64,000 bases of DNA from contig OY970399.1 in the NCBI GenBank assembly GCA_963720545.1, positions 864,001 through 928,000 of the forward strand, written 5' to 3'. Of the stretch, positions 1 through 10,676 are shown piece after piece. The position numbers and the translations under genes were made by a program. Numbering within the stretch: position 1 is the first letter of the stretch; each line of letters opens with the position of its first letter. Below the pieces are notes generated by a model. The model was not told the DNA's origin. It saw only the letters and a list, made by a program, of their open reading frames with translations, and searched no databases. This stretch comes from an uncultured Acidobacteriota bacterium (GTDB lineage Bacteria > Acidobacteriota > Vicinamibacteria > Fen-336).

Positions 1-1597
1 CGCGCCGGCGCGGCGAGCTGGACGCGCGGTAGAACTTCTCGAAGATGCGCGGCAGCGCCGCCTGGTCGATGCCGTCGCCCTGGTCGCGCACGGAAATAGC
101 CAGCTCACCTTCGGCAACCGCCACTTGAACCACGACGTCGCCGGCATCGCGCCCATACTTCACGGCGTTCTCCAGGAGGTTCAGCACCACTTGCTCGAGC
201 GCCGCCGGGTCGGCACGCACAAAGGGAACGTCGACCCCGCGCTCGAAACGAATCGTAACCCCTTCGGGTGCCGCCACCTGGAATCCCTGCACGGCCTCCC
301 CGACGAGCGCGGCTACGTCGACGAGGTCGAACTCTAAAACGCCACCCATCGCCTCGACGCGCGAGAAATGCAGGATCTGGTCGACGAGCGCCGAGAGCCG
401 CTGGGTCTGCGTGCCGATGATCTCGAGGTACTGCTTCAGCTTGTCGGTCGAGGCCACGCGCCCGAGCGACAGCGTCTCGACAGCCCCGGACAGGAGCGAG
501 AGCGGCGTCTTCAACTGGTGCGAGACGTTGGCGACGAAGTCGGACTGCATTTGCGCAAGGCGAATGGCCTGGCGGTCGAGGGTGATCGCGAAGAAGAGCG
601 CTATCAGGATGAGCAGCACGGCCGTCGCGAAGAGCCAGTAGCCATGCGCGGCCGCTTCCGTCACCGGCGTCTCCGCGCTGACGGTGAGCGCCCATTTGCG
701 CGGCTCGGTGTGCGTGCCCAGCCACGGCTGCAGGGTCTCGCCGGGAAAGAACAACATGTCGATGGTGCTGGTGGCGGACGGCGCGCCCGGCGCCACTTCC
801 GGCCCGTGCACCCGCTGCCCGCGTTCGTCGTGCACGGTCAGCACCAGCCGTGGCGAGCGCGGATCGGGGTTCAGCAGCTTGGGAACCGCGGCGCCCAGCG
901 CTCCTGCAAACAGGTCGCGACGCTGGCGCTCGAGGTCCACGGTGTACCCCAGCAGCGCGAAGTACTCCTTTTGGCGGCCGTCGCGCCACAGGTAATGGAT
1001 GAGGATCTGGTAGCGGACGCCGTCGAGCGTTTCCTCGATGACGACGAACGGATAGCGCGCCGGGGCCAGGTTGCGAGCCAACTGCAGAACCGCCGGGCCC
1101 ATGCCCGGTTGCGAGAAGAGCGACCCCATCTGGCGCCCGTCGAGGCCGGCGATCTGGATCGCAGCCGGTCCCGATTCCTCAGGCGAGCGATAGAAAAGCA
1201 CCTCGTCGCGCAGGTTGGCGGGCATCGAGTCGCTCCAGAGAAAGAAGCGGTCGACGTACGGGTAGCGTTCCAGGCCCTGGCCGAAGAAACGCGCGACGCG
1301 CGGCAAGTCGTAGCCGAGCAGCTCGGGGTGCCCGATGCCCTCGATGGTGTCGAGTACCGCGCCCGAGAAGCGCTTACGCAGGTGTTCCGTGACCACGGCG
1401 GCGCTCTGCTCGCAAACCTGCTTCACGATGATCTCGGTCTGCGCGCGGTGCTGCGCGGCCGACTCGCGCTGCAGGTACATGACGAGAAGCGCGGCTGAGA
1501 TGAGCGCAACGGTCGCGCCCAGCAGCAGCACGCGGTGGGCGCGCCAGCCGCCGATACCTGCCGTGGTGCGCAGCCAGATCTGCGGACGGGGGCGCAT
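1..1597 (-). CDS. Membrane sensor histidine kinase (HisKA + HATPase_c); 3' end runs off the window
   Basis: Hand translation from ATG 1597 (absent from the ORF track because it has no stop in the window). Two TM segments, H-box DFVANVSHQLKTPL, N-box LNLLENAVKY, G1 box VRDQGDGI, and RIFEKFYR. Confidence 0.93.
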   Translation of the reverse strand, partial: MRPRPQIWLRTTAGIGGWRAHRVLLLGATVALISAALLVMYLQRESAAQHRAQTEIIVKQVCEQSAAVVTEHLRKRFSGAVLDTIEGIGHPELLGYDLPRVARFFGQGLERYPYVDRFFLWSDSMPANLRDEVLFYRSPEESGPAAIQIAGLDGRQMGSLFSQPGMGPAVLQLARNLAPARYPFVVIEETLDGVRYQILIHYLWRDGRQKEYFALLGYTVDLERQRRDLFAGALGAAVPKLLNPDPRSPRLVLTVHDERGQRVHGPEVAPGAPSATSTIDMLFFPGETLQPWLGTHTEPRKWALTVSAETPVTEAAAHGYWLFATAVLLILIALFFAITLDRQAIRLAQMQSDFVANVSHQLKTPLSLLSGAVETLSLGRVASTDKLKQYLEIIGTQTQRLSALVDQILHFSRVEAMGGVLEFDLVDVAALVGEAVQGFQVAAPEGVTIRFERGVDVPFVRADPAALEQVVLNLLENAVKYGRDAGDVVVQVAVAEGELAISVRDQGDGIDQAALPRIFEKFYRASSSPRRR

Positions 1598-1672
1598 GGG
1601 CGTGCCGCTAGGCCCTGGGGCCTGCCCGGAAGGACCATTCTGTGTCACCGAGTCCGCCTTGACGCGACGCTA

Positions 1673-3490
1673 TCACGGCGCTCCCACTGCGCCGCCGCCC
1701 GTGCTCCTGGCGGCAAAGGCTGCGAACCAGCGCCGGCCGCAAGCGGCCAGGATGATGACCACACACGCCATCATCGTCACGGTCAACGACACGTTGACGG
1801 CGCCGCGCAGGCGCAGGCCGGAGTCGGCGCCCACGGCCATTGGCCAGAAGGTGTGGCGCACGGTCCAGGCTCCCGCCGTGAGCGTCGTGACGCTGACGAA
1901 GGCGAGCGGCAGGAGCGTCACCCAGGCGTAGCGGCCGCGGCCGTTGTTGACGATCACCGTGGTGCCGATGGCGAGCGCGATCGCCGCCAGCAACTGGTTG
2001 GCGATGCCGAACATCGGCCAGATGGTCTCGATGCTGCCGGTCCAGATGAAGTACGCCCACGCCGCCACCACGATGGACGTGGAGAGGAGCGCGCCAGGCA
2101 CCCAATCGGGTCGATCGAAGGGCTTGTAAAGCCTGCCGAGCGACTCCTGCACCAGGAACCGCGCGACGCGCGTGCCGGCGTCGATGGTGGTGAGGATGAA
2201 GAGCGCCTCGAACATGATGGCGAAGTGGTACCAGTAGTCCATGGCGCCGCGCATGCCGGGCACCGCGCTGAAGATCTGCGCCATGCCGACCGCCAGCGAA
2301 ACAGCGCCGCCGGTGCGGCCCGCGACCGTCTCCCCCACCGCCTGCTCGAGGGCGGGCAGGTTCACCGTGTCCATGCCGAGCGTTGCGAACACTGCCGGGC
2401 GGGTGTTGATCGCGAAGTAGTCCGCGGGAAACAGCGCGGTCGCGGCGATCAGAGCCACGATGCCGACGAGCCCTTCCATGAGCATCGCGCCGTAGCCGAT
2501 GGGCCGGATGTCCGACTCGCGGTCGATCATCTTCGGCGTGGTGCCCGAAGCGATGAGCGCGTGGAACCCCGAAATGGCGCCGCAGGCGATGGTGATGAAG
2601 GCGAAGGGAAAGAGCGGCCCGCCGATGATCGGGCCGCCACCCGCCGCGAACCGGGTGAACGCCGGCATCTTCAGTTCCGGGTTGACGATCGCCACACAAA
2701 CGATGAGGAACAGGATGGTGCCGATCTTCATGAACGAGCTCAGGTAGTCGCGCGGCGCCAGCAGCATCCAGACCGGCAGCACCGACGCGGCGAAGCCGTA
2801 GACCGCGAGGCATACGACGAGCGCCTGGCGATCGAGGAGGAAGATGCTGCCGAACGCGGTGGCGGCGATCGGCTTGCCCAGGATTACCGCGAGCAGCAGG
2901 CCCATGACCCCGATCACGGTGGCTTCGGCGATCCGGCCCTTGCGGAAGCGGTACATGTAGAGGCCCATGAAAAGGGCGAGCGGGATGGTGGCGCCGATCG
3001 TGAAGGTACCCCAGGCGCTCTCCGCGAGGGCGTTGATCACTGCCAGGCCCAGCCCGGCAAGCGCGATGACGATGATGAAGAGCACTGCCAGGCCCGCGGT
3101 GAAGCCGGCGACCGGCCCGACTTCGGCAAGCGCCAGGTTCGCGAGCGAACGGCCGCCACGGCGCACCGACGCCCACAGCACGACCGAGTCGTGGACTGCG
3201 CCGCCGAGGCAGACGCCGGCCACCAGCCAGATGAGGCCGGGCGCATAGCCGAATTGCGCCGCGAGCACGGGGCCGATGAGCGGCCCCGCCCCGGTGATGG
3301 CCGCGAAGTGGTGGCCGAACAACACCCAGCGGCTCGTCGGGTAGTAGTTGTGGCCGTCGTTGCGCTCGTGGGCCGGCGTCACCCGCGTGTCGTCGAGCGC
3401 CATCACCCGCGCGGCCAGGAAGGCGCTGTAGTAGCGGTAGGCGATGGCGAGGATGCCCACCGCCGGGAGCAGGATCGTCAGTGCGTGCAC
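1673..3490 (-). CDS. cstA: Carbon starvation protein A family peptide/pyruvate transporter
   Basis: Motifs [42 protein letters not shown] and [15 protein letters not shown]; multi-TM. Confidence 0.95.
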   Translation of the reverse strand: MHALTILLPAVGILAIAYRYYSAFLAARVMALDDTRVTPAHERNDGHNYYPTSRWVLFGHHFAAITGAGPLIGPVLAAQFGYAPGLIWLVAGVCLGGAVHDSVVLWASVRRGGRSLANLALAEVGPVAGFTAGLAVLFIIVIALAGLGLAVINALAESAWGTFTIGATIPLALFMGLYMYRFRKGRIAEATVIGVMGLLLAVILGKPIAATAFGSIFLLDRQALVVCLAVYGFAASVLPVWMLLAPRDYLSSFMKIGTILFLIVCVAIVNPELKMPAFTRFAAGGGPIIGGPLFPFAFITIACGAISGFHALIASGTTPKMIDRESDIRPIGYGAMLMEGLVGIVALIAATALFPADYFAINTRPAVFATLGMDTVNLPALEQAVGETVAGRTGGAVSLAVGMAQIFSAVPGMRGAMDYWYHFAIMFEALFILTTIDAGTRVARFLVQESLGRLYKPFDRPDWVPGALLSTSIVVAAWAYFIWTGSIETIWPMFGIANQLLAAIALAIGTTVIVNNGRGRYAWVTLLPLAFVSVTTLTAGAWTVRHTFWPMAVGADSGLRLRGAVNVSLTVTMMACVVIILAACGRRWFAAFAARSTGGGAVGAP

Positions 3491-3499
3491 GGCGTGGGC

Positions 3500-4834
3500 C
3501 TAGCCCACGTAGTGCATGGGCTCCATCGGCACCTTGGACATGTTCTCGGCGCCTTGCTCGGTGATCAGGATGCAAGCCGATGAGCAGGTGCGAAGCTGGC
3601 CCGGAACCACGATGTTCGGGTGCCAGCTCAGCACCATCCCGGGCTGGAGCATCAGGCCCTTGGTGCCTTCGGGCGAGATGCGCCAGCCTTCGTGATTGCC
3701 GACGCCGATCCAGTGGCCGATGAGGACGGTGGAGCCTTCCTCGTAGCCCTTGCTCTTGATGTAGTTGTTGCACTTCTCATAGACGCCCAGCATCTCGACG
3801 CCCGGCTTCAGCTCGTTCATCGTGAGCTCGAAAGACTCGTGCACCACCTGGGCGCCGCGCTTCTGCGTCTCGGGGACGTTGCGGCCGACCGCGAACGTGA
3901 ACATGCGTTCGACCTGGTACGAGCGCACCCGCGGAATCGGCTCCGTGAGGATGATGTCGCCCGCCTGGATCTGGCGGTCGACGACACCGCTCGCCCAGGT
4001 GCCCGAGTCGTAGGGAGCCGCGCCGAGGATGAGCCGCGTCGAAGACGCATCGGCACCGGCGCGCAGCATCGCGTCGAGCACGTCGGCGTACACGTCGGCA
4101 TCGAGCGCTCCTGGCCGCAGCGACGACTGGTAAACCGGGAACGCGACCTCGTCGATCATGCGTTGAGAGTGGCGCATCAGGCCCAGCTCCACCGGGTCCT
4201 TGACGATGGCGAGCGAGAACAAGAATCCGTTGGCATCCTCGAAGCGCGCGCGCGGCAACTGCTTCTGCAGGAACGGGGCGAGCAGCCAGTCCACCTCGCC
4301 GCCCGCGAGCCCGATCTTGCCGGCGCCCAGCTTGCGTTCGTTGATGCGCTCGACCACCGCCTTGTAGAAGTTCTCACTGCTGCTCTCGGACATCGGGTCC
4401 TTGGGCACGTCCACGACGTCGTCGAGCCAGATGGTCTTCTTCGCGACGCGCGCATGCGCCGAGCTGTACATCTGGATGAAGAGCGTCGGCGCGCCCTCGG
4501 CGGGGATGAACGCGACGCCGCTCTGCATCGCCGACGGATGGTAGTTGCTGACGTAGCTCAGGTAGTCGAGCGCCCGGTTGCTCACCACGAGCGCGTCGTA
4601 GCCGGCCTTTTTCAGCGCGGCCTGCACTTTGCCGATGCGCTGCTGGCCGTATTCCTTCGAGTTGAGCGTGGCCGCTTCGGGCGGGGCCGCGAACCGGGCC
4701 TGCCGCGGCGGAGCGGCGCCCGCGGCGGCCGTGCTCCCGGCAGGCGTGCCGGCCGAGCAGCCGACGCTCGCGCCGATGCCCATGGCGAGGGCGGCCTTCA
4801 TCACTTCGCGACGATCGACAGCGCGTTGCGTCAT
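3500..4834 (-). CDS. Tat-exported (probable lipoprotein) M24/creatinase-fold protein with atypical metal ligands
   Basis: DRREVMK twin-arginine motif and VGC lipobox; Creatinase_N-like region; VKDPVEL, GHWIG and LQPGMVLSWHP pita-bread motifs. Confidence 0.85.
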   Translation of the reverse strand: MTQRAVDRREVMKAALAMGIGASVGCSAGTPAGSTAAAGAAPPRQARFAAPPEAATLNSKEYGQQRIGKVQAALKKAGYDALVVSNRALDYLSYVSNYHPSAMQSGVAFIPAEGAPTLFIQMYSSAHARVAKKTIWLDDVVDVPKDPMSESSSENFYKAVVERINERKLGAGKIGLAGGEVDWLLAPFLQKQLPRARFEDANGFLFSLAIVKDPVELGLMRHSQRMIDEVAFPVYQSSLRPGALDADVYADVLDAMLRAGADASSTRLILGAAPYDSGTWASGVVDRQIQAGDIILTEPIPRVRSYQVERMFTFAVGRNVPETQKRGAQVVHESFELTMNELKPGVEMLGVYEKCNNYIKSKGYEEGSTVLIGHWIGVGNHEGWRISPEGTKGLMLQPGMVLSWHPNIVVPGQLRTCSSACILITEQGAENMSKVPMEPMHYVG

Positions 4835-4869
4835 GTTCGTTCCTCGCCTTCCTTGAAACAGGTGATCGA

Positions 4870-6087
4870 TCAGACCTCGACCATGGCCGTCAACGGCACC
4901 TTGGAAAAGATTTCATAGCCCTTGGCCGTCACCAGGATTTCGCGTCCCGCCACCACGATCGCCGTCTTGTCGGGCTGGGTGATCGTCGTGTGATAGCTCA
5001 TGTTCATGCCGGGTTGCAGCGTCATCCCCGCCTTGATGCCGTCGTCGAAACTCGGCCGGTCGTTGTTGGCGAGGCCGGAGAAGTGGCCGTGCCGCCTGAT
5101 CATCTTGTCGAAGCCGTTGCGTTTCAACACCACGTTCGAGGCGTCCACGACGCTCGCAACCGTGGCTCCCGGCTTGATGGCCGCAAGCCCGGCCTGCAAT
5201 GCCTCGAAATTGATGGCTGCAAGGTCCTTCTGCCGCGCCGAGACCTTGCCTATGGCGAAGGTCACCGGCGTCTCGATCACGTAGTGGCCGTAATAGACGA
5301 TGCCCTCGAAGTTCAACACCTCGCCCGCCTGGATGCGGCGGTCGGTGAGCGGCGCCCACAGGTCGTCGGTGCCCGGGCCGTATCCGATGAGCTGGCGGCT
5401 GGTGTCGAGATCCATGCCGGCGACCACCGCCGCCTTGACGAGGTCGGCCAGCACCTCGCGATCCGTGCGTCCGGGCTTGATGGCGGTCCGGCCCGCTTCG
5501 ATCTGCGCATCGGAGACGGCCTGCGCCCGCTTCAGGATGGCAATCTCGAACTCGTCCTTGATGAGGCGCAGGTTGTCCAGGATCTCGTCGCCCGCCGCGA
5601 AGCGAACTTGCGGCAGCGCGGCGCCAAGCTTCGCGCGCACCGCCCAGTCGAACTCGCCGGCCACTCCGACGCTGCCCGACTGCACGCCCGCGGCCTTCAG
5701 TTGTTCCGCGCACTTGTCGAGCATGCCGCCAAGCTCGCGCTCCTGGCGAACGTCCTTCACCCACGTCACGGGCTTGCCGGGCGCGAACAGCACCGGGTCG
5801 CCGGATGCGGGAATGAACGCGACCCCCGGTGCGTGTCCCGTGAGGTAGCGCGTGTCGTAGTCTTTCTGGGAGGTGATGACGAGTGCCGCAAGCCCGCGCT
5901 TGCCGAGCTCCGCCTGCACCGCCTTGACCCGCTTCTGGTAGGTCTCGACGGGTATCGACGGCGGCGTGTCCGCAGCCGCGAGAGCAGGAGCCGGAGCCGC
6001 CAGAGCGACGGCTTCGACGCCTGAGGCCGACGCGATGAGCGCCGTGGAAGCGACCGAACCCTTGATGAACCCGCGTCTTGTCGCCAT
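4870..6087 (-). CDS. Tat-exported M24/creatinase-fold protein (paralogue of 3500-4834)
   Basis: TRRGFIK Tat motif; LRLIKDEFEI, HGHFSG and LQPGMNMSYH motifs; ATG 6087 follows a GGAGG RBS. Confidence 0.85.
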   Translation of the reverse strand: MATRRGFIKGSVASTALIASASGVEAVALAAPAPALAAADTPPSIPVETYQKRVKAVQAELGKRGLAALVITSQKDYDTRYLTGHAPGVAFIPASGDPVLFAPGKPVTWVKDVRQERELGGMLDKCAEQLKAAGVQSGSVGVAGEFDWAVRAKLGAALPQVRFAAGDEILDNLRLIKDEFEIAILKRAQAVSDAQIEAGRTAIKPGRTDREVLADLVKAAVVAGMDLDTSRQLIGYGPGTDDLWAPLTDRRIQAGEVLNFEGIVYYGHYVIETPVTFAIGKVSARQKDLAAINFEALQAGLAAIKPGATVASVVDASNVVLKRNGFDKMIRRHGHFSGLANNDRPSFDDGIKAGMTLQPGMNMSYHTTITQPDKTAIVVAGREILVTAKGYEIFSKVPLTAMVEV

Positions 6088-6097
6088 GAACACCCTC

Positions 6098-7132
6098 CTA
6101 GCGCAGCGGCTTGGCGTCAGCCAAGGTCATGAAGCGCGCGGCGTTTTCGCCCAGGTACCAGCGCTTCTCGGTCTTCGACAGCCAGTCGGCGTGGCGGCGC
6201 ACCGCGTCTATGAGCTGGAAGTACTTGTGCTGCGCGTCCACGTAGGGCCAGTCGCTTGCCCACATGATCTTCTCGAAGCCGACCTCGTCGGCCAGCGCGT
6301 GCACCTTCTCCTGCCAGTCGACGTACGGGTATTCCTCGCGTTCGCCCGCGGTTTCAACCCAGATGTTGTCGAACTGCGCGTTCAGGCCGCGGACCGCGTC
6401 GACGAACGCGTAGCGCTCCAGCATGCCGGGGCCGCGCCGCCAGTAGGCGCCGTGCTGCACGGCCCAGTTGATGTTGCTGCCGAAGCGCTTGACGAGCGCC
6501 ACCCACTCCTTGAGGCGCACGTCGCGCTCGGCGGGCGGCGTCTGCTCGAAGGTGATGAGCACCGGCTTCTTCTTTGCCGCCACCGCCATCTCCAGGATGT
6601 CGATGTAGAACTGGTGCGAAAGGCCGTGGCCGGACGGGTAGAAGTTGGTCGGGTAGAACGCGAGCCCCTTGAGGAGCGGGTGGTTGATCTTCGTCTTCCA
6701 CGCCGCCATGTCGTCGTCCTTCGGGTTGAAGACGTCCATCCACAGCAACTGCTCCGGGTACTTCTCGGCCGCGGCGAACATGTACTCCTCGCTGGTGTCG
6801 AGGGCGTTCGCTCCGCCGGGCAGGCTCTTGAGGGTCACGTACTGCAGGTCCTTCGGCGAGTACGACTTCAGCAGGCCCTTGTCGACGCGCGCCCGCTTCA
6901 TCTCCGCGACGAACAGGTCGCCGCCGTACTCGTGCCAGGCGAAATGCGCCTCCATGCCGCGCGTCGGGAACGCGCGCTTCACCAGGTGGACGTGGCAGTC
7001 GATGACGATGCCTTCGCTTTCCGCCGGCGCCTGCGCGCGTGCCATCGCGGGCAGCGCGGCCAGGAACCCCGAGGTTCCGGCCAGGAACTTGCGGCGGGAC
7101 ACGGCGCTTTCGTTGCTCGGCTTCGGCTTCAT
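6098..7132 (-). CDS. Tat-exported amidohydrolase_2 family protein
   Basis: SRRKFL Tat motif, IDCHVH metal motif, QHG, and KIMWASDWPY. Confidence 0.88.
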   Translation of the reverse strand: MKPKPSNESAVSRRKFLAGTSGFLAALPAMARAQAPAESEGIVIDCHVHLVKRAFPTRGMEAHFAWHEYGGDLFVAEMKRARVDKGLLKSYSPKDLQYVTLKSLPGGANALDTSEEYMFAAAEKYPEQLLWMDVFNPKDDDMAAWKTKINHPLLKGLAFYPTNFYPSGHGLSHQFYIDILEMAVAAKKKPVLITFEQTPPAERDVRLKEWVALVKRFGSNINWAVQHGAYWRRGPGMLERYAFVDAVRGLNAQFDNIWVETAGEREEYPYVDWQEKVHALADEVGFEKIMWASDWPYVDAQHKYFQLIDAVRRHADWLSKTEKRWYLGENAARFMTLADAKPLR

Positions 7133-7149
7133 TGCAATGACCTCCGGTG

Positions 7150-10100
7150 CTAGAACGCGACCTTCAAGGCGAACTGGATCTGGCGCTCGTCCACGGCCGT
7201 CGCGAGCACCCGTCCGAACGCCGGCGAGCCGAGGTCGTTGACAGGCACCGCATAGACGGGGTGGTTGAAGAGGTTGAAGGCTTCGAGGCGCAGCTCGATG
7301 CGCGTGCGCTTGTCGCGGCCCGAGGGATAGAAGCCCTTGATGAGCGACAGGTCGAAGGTCTCGATGTCATCGGCGAAAACACCGTTGCGCGGCGCGTCGC
7401 CGAAACGCACGCCAATCGGAATCGGCACGAAACAACTGGTATCGAGGAAGCGCTGCACGGTGCGGTCGCCGCTCGCGAGGTTCGGGTCGCAGATCTGGTC
7501 GGGGCGGTCGGCGCCGCTGCCGGTCAGCGAACGGTTGCGGCTGTCGAACACCGTGAACGGGCTGCCGCTCTGGTAGCTCAGGATGCCGTTCACCTGCCAG
7601 TCGCCGAACAGCGCCTTGGCGAAGCCGCTGCTTTGTCGGGCGAACGGCAGCTCGTAGCTGAAGTTGGCGCTGAGGCGATGGCGGGCGTGGAAGGCGGACA
7701 GCGCCCATTCGTCGCCGATGTCGTAGTTATCCTGCGGGTTCGTCTGGCCCTCGACGTTGAAGAAGGAGTTGACCTTCGAGCTGTCGTCCATGGCCTTCGA
7801 GAGCGTGTAGGCGACCTGGAAGCCGAAGCCCTTGTCCATGGCGCGCGCAAGGCTCGTCTGCAGGCCGTGGTAGCGGGAGGAAAAGATGCCCTTCACCGTC
7901 GACAGTCCGTTCAACCCGGGGTAGGGGCGGCGCTTCGCCAGGTTGGCGGCGGTGTTGGTGGTCTCGCCGTTGCACGGCTTCTCGACGCTCGCGAAGCAGG
8001 CCTGCGCCTGGTTGATGGGGCCGGTGAGGTTCGTGCCCTTGGTGCCGACGTAGCCGACCTGGGCCAGCAGCCGCCACGGAAGTTGCCGCTGCACGGTGAC
8101 GTTCCACTGCTGCACGTACGCGGTGCGCTGGTTCGGGTCGACGATCGTGGGGCTGAGGCCGGTGGTCGTCGGAATCGGGAAGGTCAACGGCGGCCGGAAC
8201 GGCGAGGCGCCCTTGAAAGGATCGGCGATGGTGTTCGGCCCGGGGTTGAAGGTGGACGCGGCGGGCCGGATCGAGGGCGTGCCGTCGGTGCTGTTGATGA
8301 CGCCGTCGAGGACGGTGGCGTCGTAGAACAAGCCGTAGCCGGCGCGAATGCTGGTGCGCGAGTCGCCGAAGGGATCCCACGCGAGTCCGACGCGCGGCGC
8401 GAAGTTGTTGTAGTCGGTTGCGATGATGCTGGAGCGCACGCCCTCGTCGAATCCGGCCAGCACCAGGCCCACGGGCAGGTCGGGCGCGTACGTCGAGCGC
8501 TGTCCGGGGATGAAGGTCGCAAGCCGCGGGTGGCCGAGGTCCTTGATCGACGGGTCGTCGAACGGGCCAAAGACCTCCCAGCGCACGCCGTAGGTCAGGG
8601 TGAGGCGCCGCGAGATGCGGTGCACGTCCTCGAGGAACAAGGCGTAGGAGGTGCTGCGGAAGCGGCGCTCGGCGTCGCCCGACACCTGCAGGAAGGTGTC
8701 GGGCGCGCCGAGAAGGAAATCGGCGAAGCTGTTGCCGGTGACGACGCCGGAAAAGCTGAAGTTGCCGGCGGTGAAATTCCCGGTGTTGACGTCCGAACGG
8801 CTGCGCCGGATCTCCCCGCCGAAGCTGAGAGAGTGCGAGTTCAGTTGCAGGTTGAAGGCGTCCGAGAGGATGAAGATGGTGTTCTTCTTGGTGAAGTCCT
8901 TCTGCGCCGGCGGGCCCGAGGTGGCGAACCCGGCCACCGCGAAGCCCGGCAGCGACGGCAGCTCGTTCACCGGGTAGATGAAGCCGAAGTCGGCCGGATC
9001 GTCGCGCTCGACCAGCAGGTTGTTGCCGAAGTCGCTCTTCAGGTACGCAAGGCGGACCTGGTTCAGTGCGCGATTCGAAAGCACCATCGAATGCGAGAGC
9101 ACCACGTTCTGGAAGCGGCTCGGGTTGCGGACCGGGAAGCCGGGAACGCCCGAGCCGCTGGCGGAGCCGGCGCCGCTGAGGCTCGCCACCGGCGAAAGCT
9201 CCTCGCCGTCGTCGATGACGTAACGGGCCGAGAACGTGTGCGCGCCGCGGGTGTGGTCGAGCTTCAGCAGCATCTGGTTGCGGTCGTGGGCCACCACCGG
9301 CGCCGCCTGGAACTGGTTGCTGCCGACGTTGGCCACGGGCCACAGACGCGAAATCAGGTTGGCGGCAATCGGGTTGATACAGCCGGGATCGATGATGTTG
9401 TTGGTGATACAGCCCGGGGTCGGGCTGCGCAGCGGGGTTGCGAGCGCGCTGAAGTCGCCGCGCCTTTGCGCCGCCGTCGGCACGACGCTGTTGAGCAGCC
9501 CGCCGCGCTCGAGACGCAGCCCCTCGTAGGTGGCGAAGAAGAAGGTCTTGCCGCCGAGCGCCGGCAGCGGCCCACCCAGGGTGGCGCCGAACTGGTGGCG
9601 CGACAGCTTCGCCTTCTCGCGCAGGAACTCGTTGCGCGAGTCGAAGGCGTCGTTGCGGCCGAAGTAGTAGCCCGAACCGCTGAGGTCGGAGCCGCCCGAC
9701 TTCGTCACGATGTTGATGACCGAGCCGCCGCCCTGACCGAAGGCGCTCGGGTACATGTTGGTCTGGATCTTGAACTCCTCGATCGCGTCGGGCACCGGCA
9801 CGATCGCGGCGGTGTTCAGGACCGGGTCGTTGTTGAGCGCGCCGTCGATCAGCACCGCATTCATCGTGTTGCGTGTGCCGTTGACGCTCGGCATGTTCTG
9901 CAGCCCACCCGGCATGCTGCTCGGCGTGCCCTTGAGGGCGATCGGCCGATAGTTGACCGTGACGCCGGGGACGAACGAGGACAGTTGCAGGAAGTTGCGG
10001 CCGTTCAGCGGCATCTCCGTGATGCGGCGCTGCTCGACCACCGCGCCGAGGCTGGCATCGCGGGTATCGACGAGCGTCGACTTGGCGCCGACGTGGACGG

Positions 10101-10467
10101 TCTCGGCGTGCGTGCCGACCGAGAGCGACACATCGGCGCGCGTCGACTGGGCCACGGCGACCACCACGTTGTCGGTGACGCTGGTGCCGAAGCCCTGCAG
10201 CTCGACCGTGACCGAGTACGGGCCGACGGCCAGGTCGCTGAAGTTGTAGGTGCCGCCCGCCTGCGTCACGGTGGTGCGCGCCACGCTGGTGCGCGTGTGC
10301 GTGGCGGTTACCGTGGCGCCGGGCAGCACGCCGCCGGAGGTGTCGGCGACCGTGCCGTAGATCTGCCCGGTCGAAGTCTGGGCGGCCAGGGGCGGAATGG
10401 CCAGGAGCGCGTGAACGAACAGCGTTGCGGCGGCGAGCTTACCGAATGCGCGCGAGCGACTCATCAT
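7150..10467 (-). CDS. TonB-dependent receptor (carboxypeptidase-regulatory N-domain, Oar-like)
   Basis: Signal peptide, GTVADTSGGVLPGATVT, MPLNGRNFLQL, NNFAPRVGLAWDP, and C-terminal RQIQFALKVAF. Confidence 0.93.
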   Translation of the reverse strand: MMSRSRAFGKLAAATLFVHALLAIPPLAAQTSTGQIYGTVADTSGGVLPGATVTATHTRTSVARTTVTQAGGTYNFSDLAVGPYSVTVELQGFGTSVTDNVVVAVAQSTRADVSLSVGTHAETVHVGAKSTLVDTRDASLGAVVEQRRITEMPLNGRNFLQLSSFVPGVTVNYRPIALKGTPSSMPGGLQNMPSVNGTRNTMNAVLIDGALNNDPVLNTAAIVPVPDAIEEFKIQTNMYPSAFGQGGGSVINIVTKSGGSDLSGSGYYFGRNDAFDSRNEFLREKAKLSRHQFGATLGGPLPALGGKTFFFATYEGLRLERGGLLNSVVPTAAQRRGDFSALATPLRSPTPGCITNNIIDPGCINPIAANLISRLWPVANVGSNQFQAAPVVAHDRNQMLLKLDHTRGAHTFSARYVIDDGEELSPVASLSGAGSASGSGVPGFPVRNPSRFQNVVLSHSMVLSNRALNQVRLAYLKSDFGNNLLVERDDPADFGFIYPVNELPSLPGFAVAGFATSGPPAQKDFTKKNTIFILSDAFNLQLNSHSLSFGGEIRRSRSDVNTGNFTAGNFSFSGVVTGNSFADFLLGAPDTFLQVSGDAERRFRSTSYALFLEDVHRISRRLTLTYGVRWEVFGPFDDPSIKDLGHPRLATFIPGQRSTYAPDLPVGLVLAGFDEGVRSSIIATDYNNFAPRVGLAWDPFGDSRTSIRAGYGLFYDATVLDGVINSTDGTPSIRPAASTFNPGPNTIADPFKGASPFRPPLTFPIPTTTGLSPTIVDPNQRTAYVQQWNVTVQRQLPWRLLAQVGYVGTKGTNLTGPINQAQACFASVEKPCNGETTNTAANLAKRRPYPGLNGLSTVKGIFSSRYHGLQTSLARAMDKGFGFQVAYTLSKAMDDSSKVNSFFNVEGQTNPQDNYDIGDEWALSAFHARHRLSANFSYELPFARQSSGFAKALFGDWQVNGILSYQSGSPFTVFDSRNRSLTGSGADRPDQICDPNLASGDRTVQRFLDTSCFVPIPIGVRFGDAPRNGVFADDIETFDLSLIKGFYPSGRDKRTRIELRLEAFNLFNHPVYAVPVNDLGSPAFGRVLATAVDERQIQFALKVAF

Positions 10468-10676
10468 GCCTGCTCCTTCGCGGTACCCGAGCTTTCGCGG
10501 CGGATTGTAAGTGGCAGTCGCGCAGGAGTGCGGTCACGCTTCGTAACCCTTTGTACCGGAATTGTCTCTGCGGCCGCGCCCGCCCATCTGGCATGGTCCC
10601 TTCGCACGATCTGGTTTGGCCGCCGCGCGGGACGGTCGCGCTAGCGTTTGATGCTCGGGAAAGGGACGAGGCCAAA

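Noticed and set aside
10588..10606. TGGCATGGTCCCTTCGC as a sigma54 promoter
   Set aside because: The GG-to-GC spacing does not fit the strict -24/-12 geometry.
7147..10644. 1165-aa plus-strand ORF, and similar long antisense ORFs (19635-22328, 44462-48085, 1535-3583, 62237-63952)
   Set aside because: They are antisense shadows of well-supported genes, which is expected at high GC3, and they have no recognisable motifs.
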